Translations under genes and position numbers: made by a program | Notes under the pieces: generated by a model | What the model was told of the DNA's origin: nothing | Database searches by the model: none | The model's input: only the letters and a program-made list of their open reading frames with translations | Shown here: piece after piece, positions 10,127-19,804 of the stretch | Layout: each line of letters opens with the position of its first letter | Position numbering within the stretch: position 1 is the stretch's first letter | IMG/VR virus record: IMGVR_UViG_2565956960_000004 | Coordinates: 12,102 to 76,101 of that record | DNA length: 64,000 nt | Strand: one strand, 5' to 3' | Origin: a virus | Taxonomy: Duplodnaviria > Caudoviricetes

Positions 10127-10765
10127 ATGAGTTTATTAAATGCAATTATTGCAAGTAATCAAGATGCCAGAAGAGTGGAAAACCCAACTTCCACATTTAA
10201 TGGATATGTCACTTTAAAAGTTGAACATGATAAATTAGTGGAAAAAGTGTTTAAACAAATAGATGACACATTATTAGAGGGTATAGATAGAATTTTTAAA
10301 GAAAATCAAGCAGAAACAATTGTTTCTGATAGTATAAAAACAAAATATAAAGTAGGTGAGGGTAAAGTATTTTTCACATTTACAAATCAACCAAATAATA
10401 AAGACATACTGCAAGTCAAAAAAACTGTAATGATTGAGCGGGATGGAAAAGGATCTTTTTTAGAGATAGTTGCAACGCCTATTCTTAAACCTATTGATAG
10501 AAATGATAGTTTGAAATTAGGCTTAACAGATTATACAGCTAAGATTCAGAATACGCCTGCTGATCAAGCTACAGGTACCTTTATTCAAGAGATTGAAAAA
10601 GCTAATGTGATTTTGATAACTAACCAACAAATATTGCATAGTTATGAAGGCAATAATTACGAAATATGGAAAGAGAGAGCTTCTATAGGTGGTGCTGCTA
10701 ATAAAGGTGCTGATTTAAAGTTAATTATTGATCGCCTTGCCTCACTATCAGGCTTATTTAACTAG
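10127..10765 (+). CDS. Hypothetical accessory (moron) protein
   Basis: AT-rich ORF with its own RBS, between the early and late regions. Confidence 0.75.
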   Translation: MSLLNAIIASNQDARRVENPTSTFNGYVTLKVEHDKLVEKVFKQIDDTLLEGIDRIFKENQAETIVSDSIKTKYKVGEGKVFFTFTNQPNNKDILQVKKTVMIERDGKGSFLEIVATPILKPIDRNDSLKLGLTDYTAKIQNTPADQATGTFIQEIEKANVILITNQQILHSYEGNNYEIWKERASIGGAANKGADLKLIIDRLASLSGLFN

Positions 10766-10772
10766 AGCATGT

Positions 10773-10812
10773 TGGAACAACAAATTAAGGCTAATATATA
10801 AAATGCCAAAAT
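10773..10812 (+). promoter_or_regulatory. Putative late promoter TGGAAC-N28-CAAAAT
   Basis: Shared motif. Stem 10808-10820/10827-10839 covers the RBS region. Confidence 0.75.
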
Positions 10813-10842
10813 CACTCTATGTAAAAATAGGGTGATTTTTTT

Positions 10843-13035
10843 ATGTCTAATCAAGCAAGTGGTTTGCCTTATGATGAGCTTGGTTTCCTCATTGGCCTAA
10901 AACAAACGGGACGTGACGTAGCCAAAATTGACAAGAATGTGGAAGCAATCCATGACATTTTATTAGGTCTTAAAAAAGAGTTTGAGGGCAAACTTAGCGG
11001 CACAACACAACAATTTAAACCTAAGTTGAGTGCGTTAGAACAGGCATTGATTGATGCACAAATTAAACCAGTTGATTTTTCCGATTTAATCAAAGAACAA
11101 GCAAATCCACTAATTCAATCCACAGTAGTATTGGATCGAGTTGCGAAGTCGCTTGAAGATTTGATCGATGACGTTGCGTCTAATAAAAATACCCCTAAAA
11201 GCAAAACTACTCAGGTACACCAGAAAGCCATTGAGATAGATTCACCAGAAAGTGTAATTAGTGAATCTAGTAAAGATGAGACAAGAAAACAGAGCACTCA
11301 ATTACCAAAAGAGGTAACACCGCGTACCCGCGATTCTAAAGGGCGGTTTATTGGTGATGGTTCTATTGAGAACGAAAACAAATCAAAATTAGGCAAAGTT
11401 ATACAAACTATCGGCACAGCATTTAAAGAGGTAATGCCTAACACTCCTCAAGGCGTAGACCCCACTGTTGATGCTATTAATGAAGTGGCAACCGTATTAT
11501 CGCCTGTTAAACGAGCTGCTGGGTTTATGCTACGGCCACTCACCGGATGGATGAAATCTCGTAAACGCAATGAACCATTGCCAAAAGAACAAAATGATCA
11601 TAATAGAAAACAGATAAAACTACTCCAAAGGCTTGTTGATAGTCTTCAATCAAAAGGCGGTTTACTTGGCAGTATCGGGAAACTGTTGGGTGCTGGAGGT
11701 GGTATCTTAGGAAGTCTATTCGGCGGCATTTTAAAAAATGGTGGAAAGCTGCTTAAGTTTGGTAAAGGTTTGCCTGTTATCGGTGCCTTATTAACTGCAA
11801 TGTCGTTTTCAAATTGGGGAACCAAATCAACAAAAGAAAAAGGCGGGGCTGTTGGGAGTACTGCTGGCGGTTTAATTGGTGGTGCAATTGGTAGTATTTT
11901 CGGGCCAATCGGTACAGTAGCTGGAGCAGGTTTAGGCGCTATCATTGGTGAAAAAATCGGAAGTGTCGCAGCGCCTTATATCAAACAATGGACAGATTCA
12001 TTAATCGCTGCTGATATACCTTCGATGATATCTAAGCTGATCAGTGCAGCATTTAGCTTAACACCAGGTGGCATTGCAAAATCCTTGGCTGATTGGGGCA
12101 AGGAAAAATGGAACTCTACTTTTAATGGTCAACCTAACCCAAGTTATTTAATGCGCCGTCAGTATGGTGGCAAAGGTGTTAATAATGGTGAACCGGCGGC
12201 ATTTGGCGCTGTTGCAAATAGTGGAAAATTATCAGGTAGAACAGTAGCTGAAAAAACGAAATCATTGATCCGTAAGCATGAAGGGTTTAAGGAAAATGCC
12301 TACTGGGATGTGAATGCCTATCGGGTGGGCTATGGTAGTGATACAACAACTGATAAAAATGGAAAAGTAGCAAAAGTAACAAAGACAACAACTGTAGATA
12401 AAGAAGGTGCAGAGCGTGATTTAGTACGGCGCTCCCAGATATTTGCTAATGAGGCAAGAAAGAAAGTTGGTGCCGAGAATTGGGATAAACTGCCTGAAGA
12501 TACAAAGGCTGCATTAACTTCAGTAGCATACAATTATGGTTCTTTACCTAAACGGGTTGTAAAAGCAGTTCAAACAGGGGATATGGATCAAATTGCAGAA
12601 TCTGTTAGAAGTCTTGAAGTACATAATGATGGAATTAATAAAAACCGAAGAAATCATGAAGCAGATATCATTAAAAACTCAGTGAATAATAATCAAGGTA
12701 ATGACAATACTGGGTTAAATACAGATGTTAATAAAGCGATAAATCTGTCAGCGACAACCATGGTGCAAAGTGCCAAAGGCCAAGTTTCATTGCTAAGTAA
12801 ACAGGCACCGGTAACACCATTAGCGAGTAGAGCTAAGTCAATGGCTGCTGCTTATAACTCACCGAAAATGGACAATAAAATTGAACCTTCTAAGGAATTT
12901 TTCAGTCCAAAAGAACCTCAGAAAGTTCAAGTTGTAGGTCAGAATAATGGTAGTATTAATCAAAATGTGAGTAATAGAGTTTTAGCTCACGCAATAACTG
13001 GTGGTCTTGGTATGGGGGAACAATGGAATGCTTAA
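10843..13035 (+). CDS. Tape measure protein with lysozyme-like domain
   Basis: RDSKGRF motif, Gly-rich hydrophobic repeats, and a muramidase-like HEGF..AYWD..YRVGYG...YNYG domain. Confidence 0.8.
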   Translation: MSNQASGLPYDELGFLIGLKQTGRDVAKIDKNVEAIHDILLGLKKEFEGKLSGTTQQFKPKLSALEQALIDAQIKPVDFSDLIKEQANPLIQSTVVLDRVAKSLEDLIDDVASNKNTPKSKTTQVHQKAIEIDSPESVISESSKDETRKQSTQLPKEVTPRTRDSKGRFIGDGSIENENKSKLGKVIQTIGTAFKEVMPNTPQGVDPTVDAINEVATVLSPVKRAAGFMLRPLTGWMKSRKRNEPLPKEQNDHNRKQIKLLQRLVDSLQSKGGLLGSIGKLLGAGGGILGSLFGGILKNGGKLLKFGKGLPVIGALLTAMSFSNWGTKSTKEKGGAVGSTAGGLIGGAIGSIFGPIGTVAGAGLGAIIGEKIGSVAAPYIKQWTDSLIAADIPSMISKLISAAFSLTPGGIAKSLADWGKEKWNSTFNGQPNPSYLMRRQYGGKGVNNGEPAAFGAVANSGKLSGRTVAEKTKSLIRKHEGFKENAYWDVNAYRVGYGSDTTTDKNGKVAKVTKTTTVDKEGAERDLVRRSQIFANEARKKVGAENWDKLPEDTKAALTSVAYNYGSLPKRVVKAVQTGDMDQIAESVRSLEVHNDGINKNRRNHEADIIKNSVNNNQGNDNTGLNTDVNKAINLSATTMVQSAKGQVSLLSKQAPVTPLASRAKSMAAAYNSPKMDNKIEPSKEFFSPKEPQKVQVVGQNNGSINQNVSNRVLAHAITGGLGMGEQWNA

Positions 13036-13420
13036 AAAAATAACTATCTGCTTAATTTGTCTAATGCAGTCAGTCTTTGTGCACGCAGGCTTAGAAAGCT
13101 GTAAAAATTTAACCAAGCAAGCTGATTTAAATGCATGTGCCTCACGCAATTTAAATACAGCAAATGAATCAATAGGTAAAGTTTATAATAATTACTTAAA
13201 AGATCTTAGTCCGCAGGAACAAGTAAAACTTAAAGAGGCCCAGCGGTCATGGGTTCAATTTAAAGAGAAGGACTGTTCTTTTGAGACATCACCTGTTAAA
13301 AATGGTTCTATGTATCCATATGTTTTATCTGCATGTTTAATTGATCGTACAGAAAAACGAATCTTAGAATTAAACAATATGGCTAATTGTAAAAATGGGA
13401 CAGAACCTAGTTGTTTGTAA
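13028..13420 (+). CDS. LprI/DUF1311-family lysozyme inhibitor-like secreted protein
   Basis: Signal peptide. C..Q..LN.CA...Y...L..AQR.W..F...DC...C pattern. Confidence 0.8.
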   Translation: MLKKITICLICLMQSVFVHAGLESCKNLTKQADLNACASRNLNTANESIGKVYNNYLKDLSPQEQVKLKEAQRSWVQFKEKDCSFETSPVKNGSMYPYVLSACLIDRTEKRILELNNMANCKNGTEPSCL

Positions 13421-13460
13421 AGTTTTGCTCTACAATTTTGAGAAGTTGATTGTTTAAGTT

Positions 13461-13493
13461 AATAAAGTATATTTTCAAAAAATATACTTTATT
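13461..13493. repeat. Perfect 15-bp inverted repeat
   Basis: AATAAAGTATATTTT-CAA-AAAATATACTTTATT. Confidence 0.8.
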
Positions 13494-13546
13494 GAATTTT
13501 AGTAAAAACTGAAAAGGTTATTAGCTACAATGGGTTGGGGTTTTAA

Positions 13547-14467
13547 ATGGATTGGAATGTATTTTTTAGTACAATTAGTCAAACTGCTGGAGCAATTGTA
13601 GGAATATTTTCAGCATTTTTAATAACAAAAATTATATCAAATCAAACAACTTATAGCCAAAAGAAAGACCAAACTACGGATTATTTGGCTATATCTAAAA
13701 AATTAGAAAATGAATCTTCTAAAAGATATTTTATTTGGTATGGTGAGAGAAAGGCAGATGACGCATTATATAAAATTAGAAGAGATTATGAGGATACAAA
13801 ACTAATTCAAAGTCCTGAATATTATTATGATTTATCTAACTTTTCTCCATTCGAAGCAAAAAAAGACTCATTAAAGATCATCCAGAATGAAATTGATAAA
13901 ATTACCGAAGAAAAAAGAATAGAAGATGAAGCATTGGAGGCCCAGTTAAAGAGTCTTAAGCCGGGCTATGGACTAGTAACACATGCACCAGTTAAGTTAC
14001 TGATGCCTCCTAATAGTGGTTTGAGAGATAAGATAACAGAAGAAAGGGATCTAATAAATGATCTATATGTTAGGATTCAATTTCAAGCCGAAAAAAACCA
14101 AAATCTACTTAATGATCTTGAAAATAACTCTGAAAGTTCTACTTTAATTAGTATTTCTATTTTTTCAGTCATCTCATTATTTTTTTGCGGCGTTATTTAT
14201 CCATTAAGTTTCCTTCCAATGGTATCGGGCACTGAAATTTCACTTACAATATCTGCATTTTGGGATTTATTATTTTCACTAAAAGGCGCCTTATTAGTTG
14301 TGATATCAGTAATATTTGGGGGGCTAATGATCGTTTTTTTACATGCTAATTATAAACTTAAATACTCTCAGGAATTAAAAGATGAACTCAAGAAGTACTC
14401 TGATCCTAGGAATTATTCATTTTATTTCAAGAATTATGTGGATAACAGCGCAGTAGAAAGTGAATAG
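13547..14467 (+). CDS. Hypothetical membrane protein (moron)
   Basis: One N-terminal and two C-terminal hydrophobic helices. AT-rich. Confidence 0.75.
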   Translation: MDWNVFFSTISQTAGAIVGIFSAFLITKIISNQTTYSQKKDQTTDYLAISKKLENESSKRYFIWYGERKADDALYKIRRDYEDTKLIQSPEYYYDLSNFSPFEAKKDSLKIIQNEIDKITEEKRIEDEALEAQLKSLKPGYGLVTHAPVKLLMPPNSGLRDKITEERDLINDLYVRIQFQAEKNQNLLNDLENNSESSTLISISIFSVISLFFCGVIYPLSFLPMVSGTEISLTISAFWDLLFSLKGALLVVISVIFGGLMIVFLHANYKLKYSQELKDELKKYSDPRNYSFYFKNYVDNSAVESE

Positions 14468-14521
14468 ATACATTAGAAATTACTGAAAGAAAATGGTGCA
14501 AAAAGAATGTATAAAAAAATA

Positions 14522-14899
14522 ATGAAGCGTTTCATCGTTGCAATTATTAGTTTTCTGTTTTCCTTCTATGTATTTGCTAATGAAATACCGATTGAAGACA
14601 AAACAATCCAGGTAGATAAGGCCGTCATCGAACGATCTATTTTTAAGGCAAATGTCGAGCGTCAGATTCTTCGCGCTTGGAATGTCCCAGTAGGTTCTAA
14701 TGGACAGGTAGCCAATGCTGTTTTAACCCTGGATGAGCAGGGTGGAATAAAAGACCTGATGGTTTCAAGCAGTGATTTTGAAATGAAGCAAAGTGTTGAA
14801 CAGGCGATTCGTAGGATTGCACCTATTAAATTGCCTCCAAACTTAAAGCTGACTGACAATAAAGACTTTAAGATTAGGTTTACATTTAAATCTAAGTAA
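14522..14899 (+). CDS. Secreted TolA/TonB C-terminal domain protein
   Basis: Signal peptide. I.RAW..P....LTLDEQG.I...V.SS....SVEQAIRR.AP..LPP pattern. Confidence 0.7.
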   Translation: MKRFIVAIISFLFSFYVFANEIPIEDKTIQVDKAVIERSIFKANVERQILRAWNVPVGSNGQVANAVLTLDEQGGIKDLMVSSSDFEMKQSVEQAIRRIAPIKLPPNLKLTDNKDFKIRFTFKSK

Positions 14900-14915
14900 A
14901 CCTAAGAAATTAAAG

Positions 14916-14950
14916 AAAAAATGCCCATTTTCATATTGGGCATTTTTTTT
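14916..14950 (+). terminator. Intrinsic terminator
   Basis: AAAATGCCCA-loop-TGGGCATTTT followed by a T-tract. Confidence 0.75.
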
Positions 14951-14994
14951 GTATAGTGAACAAAATCTTAACATTGGCAAATTTCTTTAATTTT

Positions 14995-15249
14995 ATGTCG
15001 TACTCCCAACTTGAAGATCTTAGAAAATCAAATCGGCTAACGATCAATGCACGCGGTTTGCTAGAAGGCTTTAAGCTTTATTTGCTCATGAACAATCGCC
15101 AGAATGAATATATGAGCAGATTGGTGTATGTACGCAAGAACATCCCAGAAACAGAGTATTCCCTTTACGGCGTGAAAAATATGGATGAGTTAATTGTAAA
15201 GTTAGAAAAACTTTATGAGACGGATCAAGTTATCAGACATGCAATGTAG
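14995..15249 (+). CDS. Hypothetical protein
   Basis: ORF present; start uncertain. Confidence 0.5.
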   Translation: MSYSQLEDLRKSNRLTINARGLLEGFKLYLLMNNRQNEYMSRLVYVRKNIPETEYSLYGVKNMDELIVKLEKLYETDQVIRHAM

Positions 15250-15251
15250 AT

Positions 15252-15291
15252 TGGAACAGTCCGTTAAAATTCATCGAATTTAAGCCAAAAT
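15252..15291 (+). promoter_or_regulatory. Putative late promoter TGGAAC-N28-CAAAAT
   Basis: Shared motif. Confidence 0.75.
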
Positions 15292-15318
15292 TATATCAAT
15301 CTATTTTGGGTTGATGTT

Positions 15319-15840
15319 ATGGGCACCTTAAATTTAACGGCAGTGACACCAGAAACGCCGTACATTAAAAAGATCAAAGCCGCCTTGGAAAAGGCAACAG
15401 GTCAGTCAATACCGCTTCTAGAAATTAAAAAGGTTCAACGGAAAGCCGGTGTTAGCGTTGTGCCTGTATTCATTGTTTTTGCAGGTGGACAAGAGCTTAC
15501 TTTATATGCCCGGGCAAGTGCGGATGTAGTCAAAGCAGAATTAAACGGCAAAGAGTTTGTTTTACCTGGTGACTTTAGTGATGATTACAAACAGACATTT
15601 GATAATGCTGTTTCTGGAACGGCTAAATTGGTCCGTGAATCACAGTCAAAGGTCCAGCAGCAAAATCAAAAAGAAAAGGTTAAATTGCCACCACGAAATA
15701 ATCGTAGTGTCACACAACAAATTTCTGATAAGCGTGAACAAGAGCAGCTGATCGATAAAGAGTTAGAAAACCTAACTTCTCAACGTGACCAGTTGCGGGA
15801 GCAGCTAAAACAAATTGAAGAAGGTACAGCTGCAGTTTGA
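15319..15840 (+). CDS. DarA-N-domain/Hdf-like head protein
   Basis: Resembles the DarA-like domain of 43671..45581 (F..GQ..T....N...). C-terminal coiled coil. Confidence 0.6.
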   Translation: MGTLNLTAVTPETPYIKKIKAALEKATGQSIPLLEIKKVQRKAGVSVVPVFIVFAGGQELTLYARASADVVKAELNGKEFVLPGDFSDDYKQTFDNAVSGTAKLVRESQSKVQQQNQKEKVKLPPRNNRSVTQQISDKREQEQLIDKELENLTSQRDQLREQLKQIEEGTAAV

Positions 15841-15854
15841 TATAAAAATTTGTG

Positions 15855-15881
15855 AGAGGCGATTAAGGTTGCCTCTTTTTT
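15855..15881 (+). terminator. Intrinsic terminator
   Basis: AGAGGCGA..TTGCCTCT plus T-tract, directly before the next GGAAC motif. Confidence 0.65.
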
Positions 15882-15883
15882 AT

Positions 15884-15924
15884 TGGAACAACCAGAAAAA
15901 TTATTTCGCTGATAGTCCTAACCT
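15884..15924 (+). promoter_or_regulatory. Putative late promoter TGGAAC-N29-TAACCT
   Basis: Shared motif. Confidence 0.6.
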
Positions 15925-15948
15925 TAGCTTAAAGCTTTGGAGTTTGAT

Positions 15949-16314
15949 ATGTACCAAAATTATCAATCAGTGATTGTTGATCTATTCATTGTAACTAGTT
16001 TTTTAGTGCACGTTTGCCTTGCATTGACTGCCATGAACAAAATGTTCCCGTCATTAAATACATTGTTAAATAAAGGCGTAACTGATCTTATTTTCAAACG
16101 AGCGAAAAAAGCCATTTATATTTTCTTATTTGTCGCTCTATCAATTTCATGCTTAGTGACATGGCGGCTTTACGAGCTGCTTACTTTTTTTGATGTGATC
16201 GGCTGGGGTAAATACATCTTGGTCGGGGCATTCGCTATCTATTGTTTCTCATTTCTTGGCGTATTTATATTTTGTAAATTGCTGCTGATGACGGCGCGTA
16301 GGTCAGGCTTATGA
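15949..16314 (+). CDS. Three-TM membrane protein
   Basis: Three hydrophobic helices. GGAG RBS. Confidence 0.7.
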   Translation: MYQNYQSVIVDLFIVTSFLVHVCLALTAMNKMFPSLNTLLNKGVTDLIFKRAKKAIYIFLFVALSISCLVTWRLYELLTFFDVIGWGKYILVGAFAIYCFSFLGVFIFCKLLLMTARRSGL

Positions 16315-16649
16315 TCGACTCCAACAAAATCATGGCAATGATTAAACATTGGCTGCAATCAGAGGTGAATGGTTATTTGGGATCAGATTATGGTCCGGAT
16401 TGGAATGCTTTATTTCTGGGTCCGCTAAGCGCACCAGTTGCAAATACCTTCATTGAGAAAATGAAAAGAGATATACCAATCTTAAAACAGCTAAGCGCAG
16501 ATCAACTTCAGTTATGGTCCCAAAATGAGGGATTCGAAACAGAGACTATTTACCTACGCCTAGCCAATCAAATTGCTATCAACTTAAACCAGGTGCGGGA
16601 TATGCAATTAACTCGAAATGGAGAGACATTCGATGTTGACGCAAGCTGA
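16311..16649 (+). CDS. Baseplate wedge protein (gp25/gpW-like)
   Basis: GYLGSDYG motif. Lies upstream of a J-like gene. Confidence 0.55.
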   Translation: MIDSNKIMAMIKHWLQSEVNGYLGSDYGPDWNALFLGPLSAPVANTFIEKMKRDIPILKQLSADQLQLWSQNEGFETETIYLRLANQIAINLNQVRDMQLTRNGETFDVDAS

Positions 16650-18075
16650 TTTTGAAGCTCGCCTTGTTGCGAATCTAGATGATTATGAAATTTTAGAACT
16701 CTATAACGCTCAAGATCCTTTGGTTTTAAAGTATCTGCGTTCAGTTGGGGCTTACTTGGCTTTGTTTAGTCAGGAAGTAGATATCTCCGAAATAGAACCA
16801 TTTATAAAAACAAGAGACCGCTCAATTATTGCCGATGCAACCAATAAAGGCATTTTACCCGTCGGTATGCCAGCACAACATTATCTGGAAGTTATTAACA
16901 GATCGCCAAACAGCGTAACACTGAGTCAAGGTCGCATAATTGAAGATAACAGCGGCGGTAGGCCATGGCGCTTACTTCAATCCGTGACGGTAAATGCGGG
17001 TGAAATAGGTGAGGTTTTAGTTGAGCAAAGCGAATATAGGGAAATTCAATACACAATTCAGAATATGGAGAGTTTTCTTCGCATTGAGCTGCAATTGCGT
17101 GATGACTTATCTTTAGCTGGAATAACTGTTAGAGATAATAACAATCAAATATACAGCTTAAAAAAGCGTTGGATGAATGTTGCACCTATGGAATATGCAT
17201 TCAATCTTACGACTGATAGCTTACGTCGTTTGTTTATTGAATTTGGTGATGATGAACGTGCAGGTAGAACAGCACAAGCGAACCAAGTTTTCATCTTCGG
17301 ATTATTGGAAACCTATGGTGAGGTTGATGTTTCACGTTTAAAAGATGCTTCATTAGTTGAGGTTCTAACCACAGATGAAACAAAGGTTTCTGTGAGATTT
17401 AAACAAGGTGGAAGTGTAAGAGCTGGTGCCGACCCGTTAAATACATCACAACTTAGAGTACTTTCAACCTATCCAGCACTGTATGACGAAAATGCTGTGT
17501 TCTTGGGAAACTTTGATTATTCAGTACGTCAAAAATTCATGGCAAGATGCCATTACATTGCTGTATGGAATGAGAACGAACAAGATCGATACTACGGCGT
17601 GACTTATCTGGATATTAATCATTTACATATTGCTATTGTTGCAAAGAATGCCGCAGAACAAAGCAATTTAGAACAAGAGATAATCCAGTACATAGGCCAA
17701 CTGGATAGTTTATATAAGGAACGAGTCCGAGTTCATGCAGTAGTTGAAAAGCCTTTTGCTCTTACTTTAAATGGCCGTTTAGCTGCAGTACATGATGTGG
17801 ATGGAGTTAAGGCACAAATTAGAGGTTTACTTGTTGACCGTTACGGACGGACTAAGCTAAGTGCGAGCCGCTGGTTAGTGAATGGATTTAACTCACAGGA
17901 AATTGCAACGCAGCTTAGAAAAAACATTACGGCATTTCAGGACAATATCAGTGACTTTTCTCTGATAGTACCAATTCCAGTTAATAAACCGCACGAATGG
18001 GTTTATATCGATCCGAATAGCATTTCATTGAATTTAGAGCGCACCGCTGAAACGGGGGCCGCATGGACAATATAA
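16633..18075 (+). CDS. Baseplate J-like wedge protein
   Basis: Size, IEFGD..GR motif, GADP..LR motif, gene order. Confidence 0.65.
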   Translation: MLTQADFEARLVANLDDYEILELYNAQDPLVLKYLRSVGAYLALFSQEVDISEIEPFIKTRDRSIIADATNKGILPVGMPAQHYLEVINRSPNSVTLSQGRIIEDNSGGRPWRLLQSVTVNAGEIGEVLVEQSEYREIQYTIQNMESFLRIELQLRDDLSLAGITVRDNNNQIYSLKKRWMNVAPMEYAFNLTTDSLRRLFIEFGDDERAGRTAQANQVFIFGLLETYGEVDVSRLKDASLVEVLTTDETKVSVRFKQGGSVRAGADPLNTSQLRVLSTYPALYDENAVFLGNFDYSVRQKFMARCHYIAVWNENEQDRYYGVTYLDINHLHIAIVAKNAAEQSNLEQEIIQYIGQLDSLYKERVRVHAVVEKPFALTLNGRLAAVHDVDGVKAQIRGLLVDRYGRTKLSASRWLVNGFNSQEIATQLRKNITAFQDNISDFSLIVPIPVNKPHEWVYIDPNSISLNLERTAETGAAWTI

Positions 18076-19196
18076 ATTTCACACGTCCTATTGATGAGCA
18101 GCCGAACAATCACGCAGGTTTAGAAACTGCCATGGCAAGGGCTTTAAAGAAAGTCTTTGCGGAAGTATTTCAAGATCAACTGCAAAATATTCTCGATTAT
18201 GGTGCCCCGCACATTGGCAGCCCAGAAGTCATTGAGCGCTTTTCGAAACAGGATGGCCTAGTTGTATTACGCCGTCCTGTTTCATCAGACAAATTAATGC
18301 GTGTGATCTATGCGAACTGGTCGAGTATGGCAAGTGAGCGCGGGTTAGGCTTTCTAGAGTTTGTAATGCGCATGCTATGGTCAGATCAATGGCAAATTAA
18401 AAGGATGTGGCATCCGGTTAGCTCTTATCAAAGCTATCCGCAATACATTATTGATGAAGAACGTCCTAATCATTTTCTGACAAGCAGAATCCGAATAACA
18501 ATTGATGAGACAGTGGATTTATCCGAGATTGTCGAACTTTCGCCAATTCTTAGAAGGCTGGTACCCGCAAATATTGTTGTAAAAGTGAATGCAAAAGAAT
18601 TAGATGTTAATGGGGAGTTTCCTATAGGTGTTGGCTTAGTCAGCAAAACTTACATGGTTGATGATCAGAGTGTTGGAATTCTTGATAACAAGCCAACTAA
18701 TGAAACGCCACTTCAAGAATTTGATTTTGCCGTGATTCGCTATATTTGGGACAGTAATGGTGGTGAAGATTTAGATACCAGAACGAGAGTAATCAATCCA
18801 GCGAGAAATACAGATGTTGGTTGGGGCCGTGCTAGTGTGGATGGCGAGTATTTGCATTGGAATGGTGACAATACTGGAAGTGGTGTTGAATCGGTGTTGC
18901 TGAACCTTAATGCATTGACGAATGACTATGCTGATCAGGTATTTCAAATTGCATTAAGGTCTTATTGGTTCCGTACTAAAGTGACAGGGGATTTTAAAAT
19001 TCAATTTGAATCATACAAAGGTGGCACTATGCAGCCAAACGGATTTGACTTTATCAATACTGGCGGCGTGTTGGTTCAATCAATTACTCTAAATACGAAT
19101 GTCCAAATGCAAAACAACTCTAATGTTGACGGTGAAGATGTCGCCGTATTGACTTATAACAGTGTTGCAAAAGTAGGGCGGCTTAACTTGGTTTAA
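18063..19196 (+). CDS. Baseplate wedge/tail I-like protein with extra C-terminal beta domain
   Basis: RGL.FLEF and LRRLVPANIV motifs. C-terminal DLDTR..WNGDNTGSGVE domain. Confidence 0.55.
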   Translation: MDNINFTRPIDEQPNNHAGLETAMARALKKVFAEVFQDQLQNILDYGAPHIGSPEVIERFSKQDGLVVLRRPVSSDKLMRVIYANWSSMASERGLGFLEFVMRMLWSDQWQIKRMWHPVSSYQSYPQYIIDEERPNHFLTSRIRITIDETVDLSEIVELSPILRRLVPANIVVKVNAKELDVNGEFPIGVGLVSKTYMVDDQSVGILDNKPTNETPLQEFDFAVIRYIWDSNGGEDLDTRTRVINPARNTDVGWGRASVDGEYLHWNGDNTGSGVESVLLNLNALTNDYADQVFQIALRSYWFRTKVTGDFKIQFESYKGGTMQPNGFDFINTGGVLVQSITLNTNVQMQNNSNVDGEDVAVLTYNSVAKVGRLNLV

Positions 19197-19197
19197 T

Positions 19198-19238
19198 TGG
19201 AACTATCCAAAAACGCTAAATCTTAGCAATGGTTTTAT
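19198..19238 (+). promoter_or_regulatory. Putative late promoter TGGAAC-N29-TTTTAT with long RBS-occluding stem
   Basis: Shared motif with a weak -10. Stem 19218-19240/19261-19282. Confidence 0.6.
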
Positions 19239-19286
19239 GTATTTGTTTAATGAAGAAACGACATAAACCATTGTTAGGATTTATAC

Positions 19287-19742
19287 ATGACCCAAGAAAA
19301 TAATGAAGAATTTGCACTCGTTACAGATGTTGGTAGTGATGGCAACCTTATCGTGGAACAATTTTTAGGATTCGCTAATCGTGATGTAAACGATGAGGAG
19401 TTCGAGCAGGTTCTTACAGGCCAGCCCGTTGATGGAATTACGGCATATCAGCCAGGTACATACTATAAAATTTCCGCTGATCCTACTTCGATTGATTATA
19501 ACGAGCCTTTTGATATTCATATCCATTTTCAGGCTGGCCCAACAGTGATTGATGGCATCAATGGAGCCACCAACGAATCACTTTTAAAAATTTTGATTCA
19601 CCGCACCAAACTTTTAGATGCACAGTTCCCATCAGAGCAGAATAAACAAGCCATTGTTTCACTAGAAAGTGCTTTAGAAGCTTTCAATGCACGTACAGCC
19701 GAACGTCAGGAACGTGGTGCTGAAGGTCAACATATTGAATAA
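19287..19742 (+). CDS. Tad1-like cyclic-signal sponge (anti-Thoeris/anti-CBASS candidate)
   Basis: C-terminal FQAGP..GINGATNESLLKILIHR..FPSEQN..A..LESAL..NART.ER.ERG.EG resembles the Tad1 helical hairpin, recognised by eye. Confidence 0.65.
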   Translation: MTQENNEEFALVTDVGSDGNLIVEQFLGFANRDVNDEEFEQVLTGQPVDGITAYQPGTYYKISADPTSIDYNEPFDIHIHFQAGPTVIDGINGATNESLLKILIHRTKLLDAQFPSEQNKQAIVSLESALEAFNARTAERQERGAEGQHIE

Positions 19743-19754
19743 CCGTTTTAACTC

Positions 19755-19786
19755 AGCCCTAAGCAAAGTTGCCTAGGGCTTTTTTT
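19755..19786 (+). terminator. Intrinsic terminator
   Basis: AGCCCTAAGCAA/TTGCCTAGGGCT plus T-tract. Confidence 0.7.
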
Positions 19787-19804
19787 ATTTTAATAGAGGA
19801 TTTA

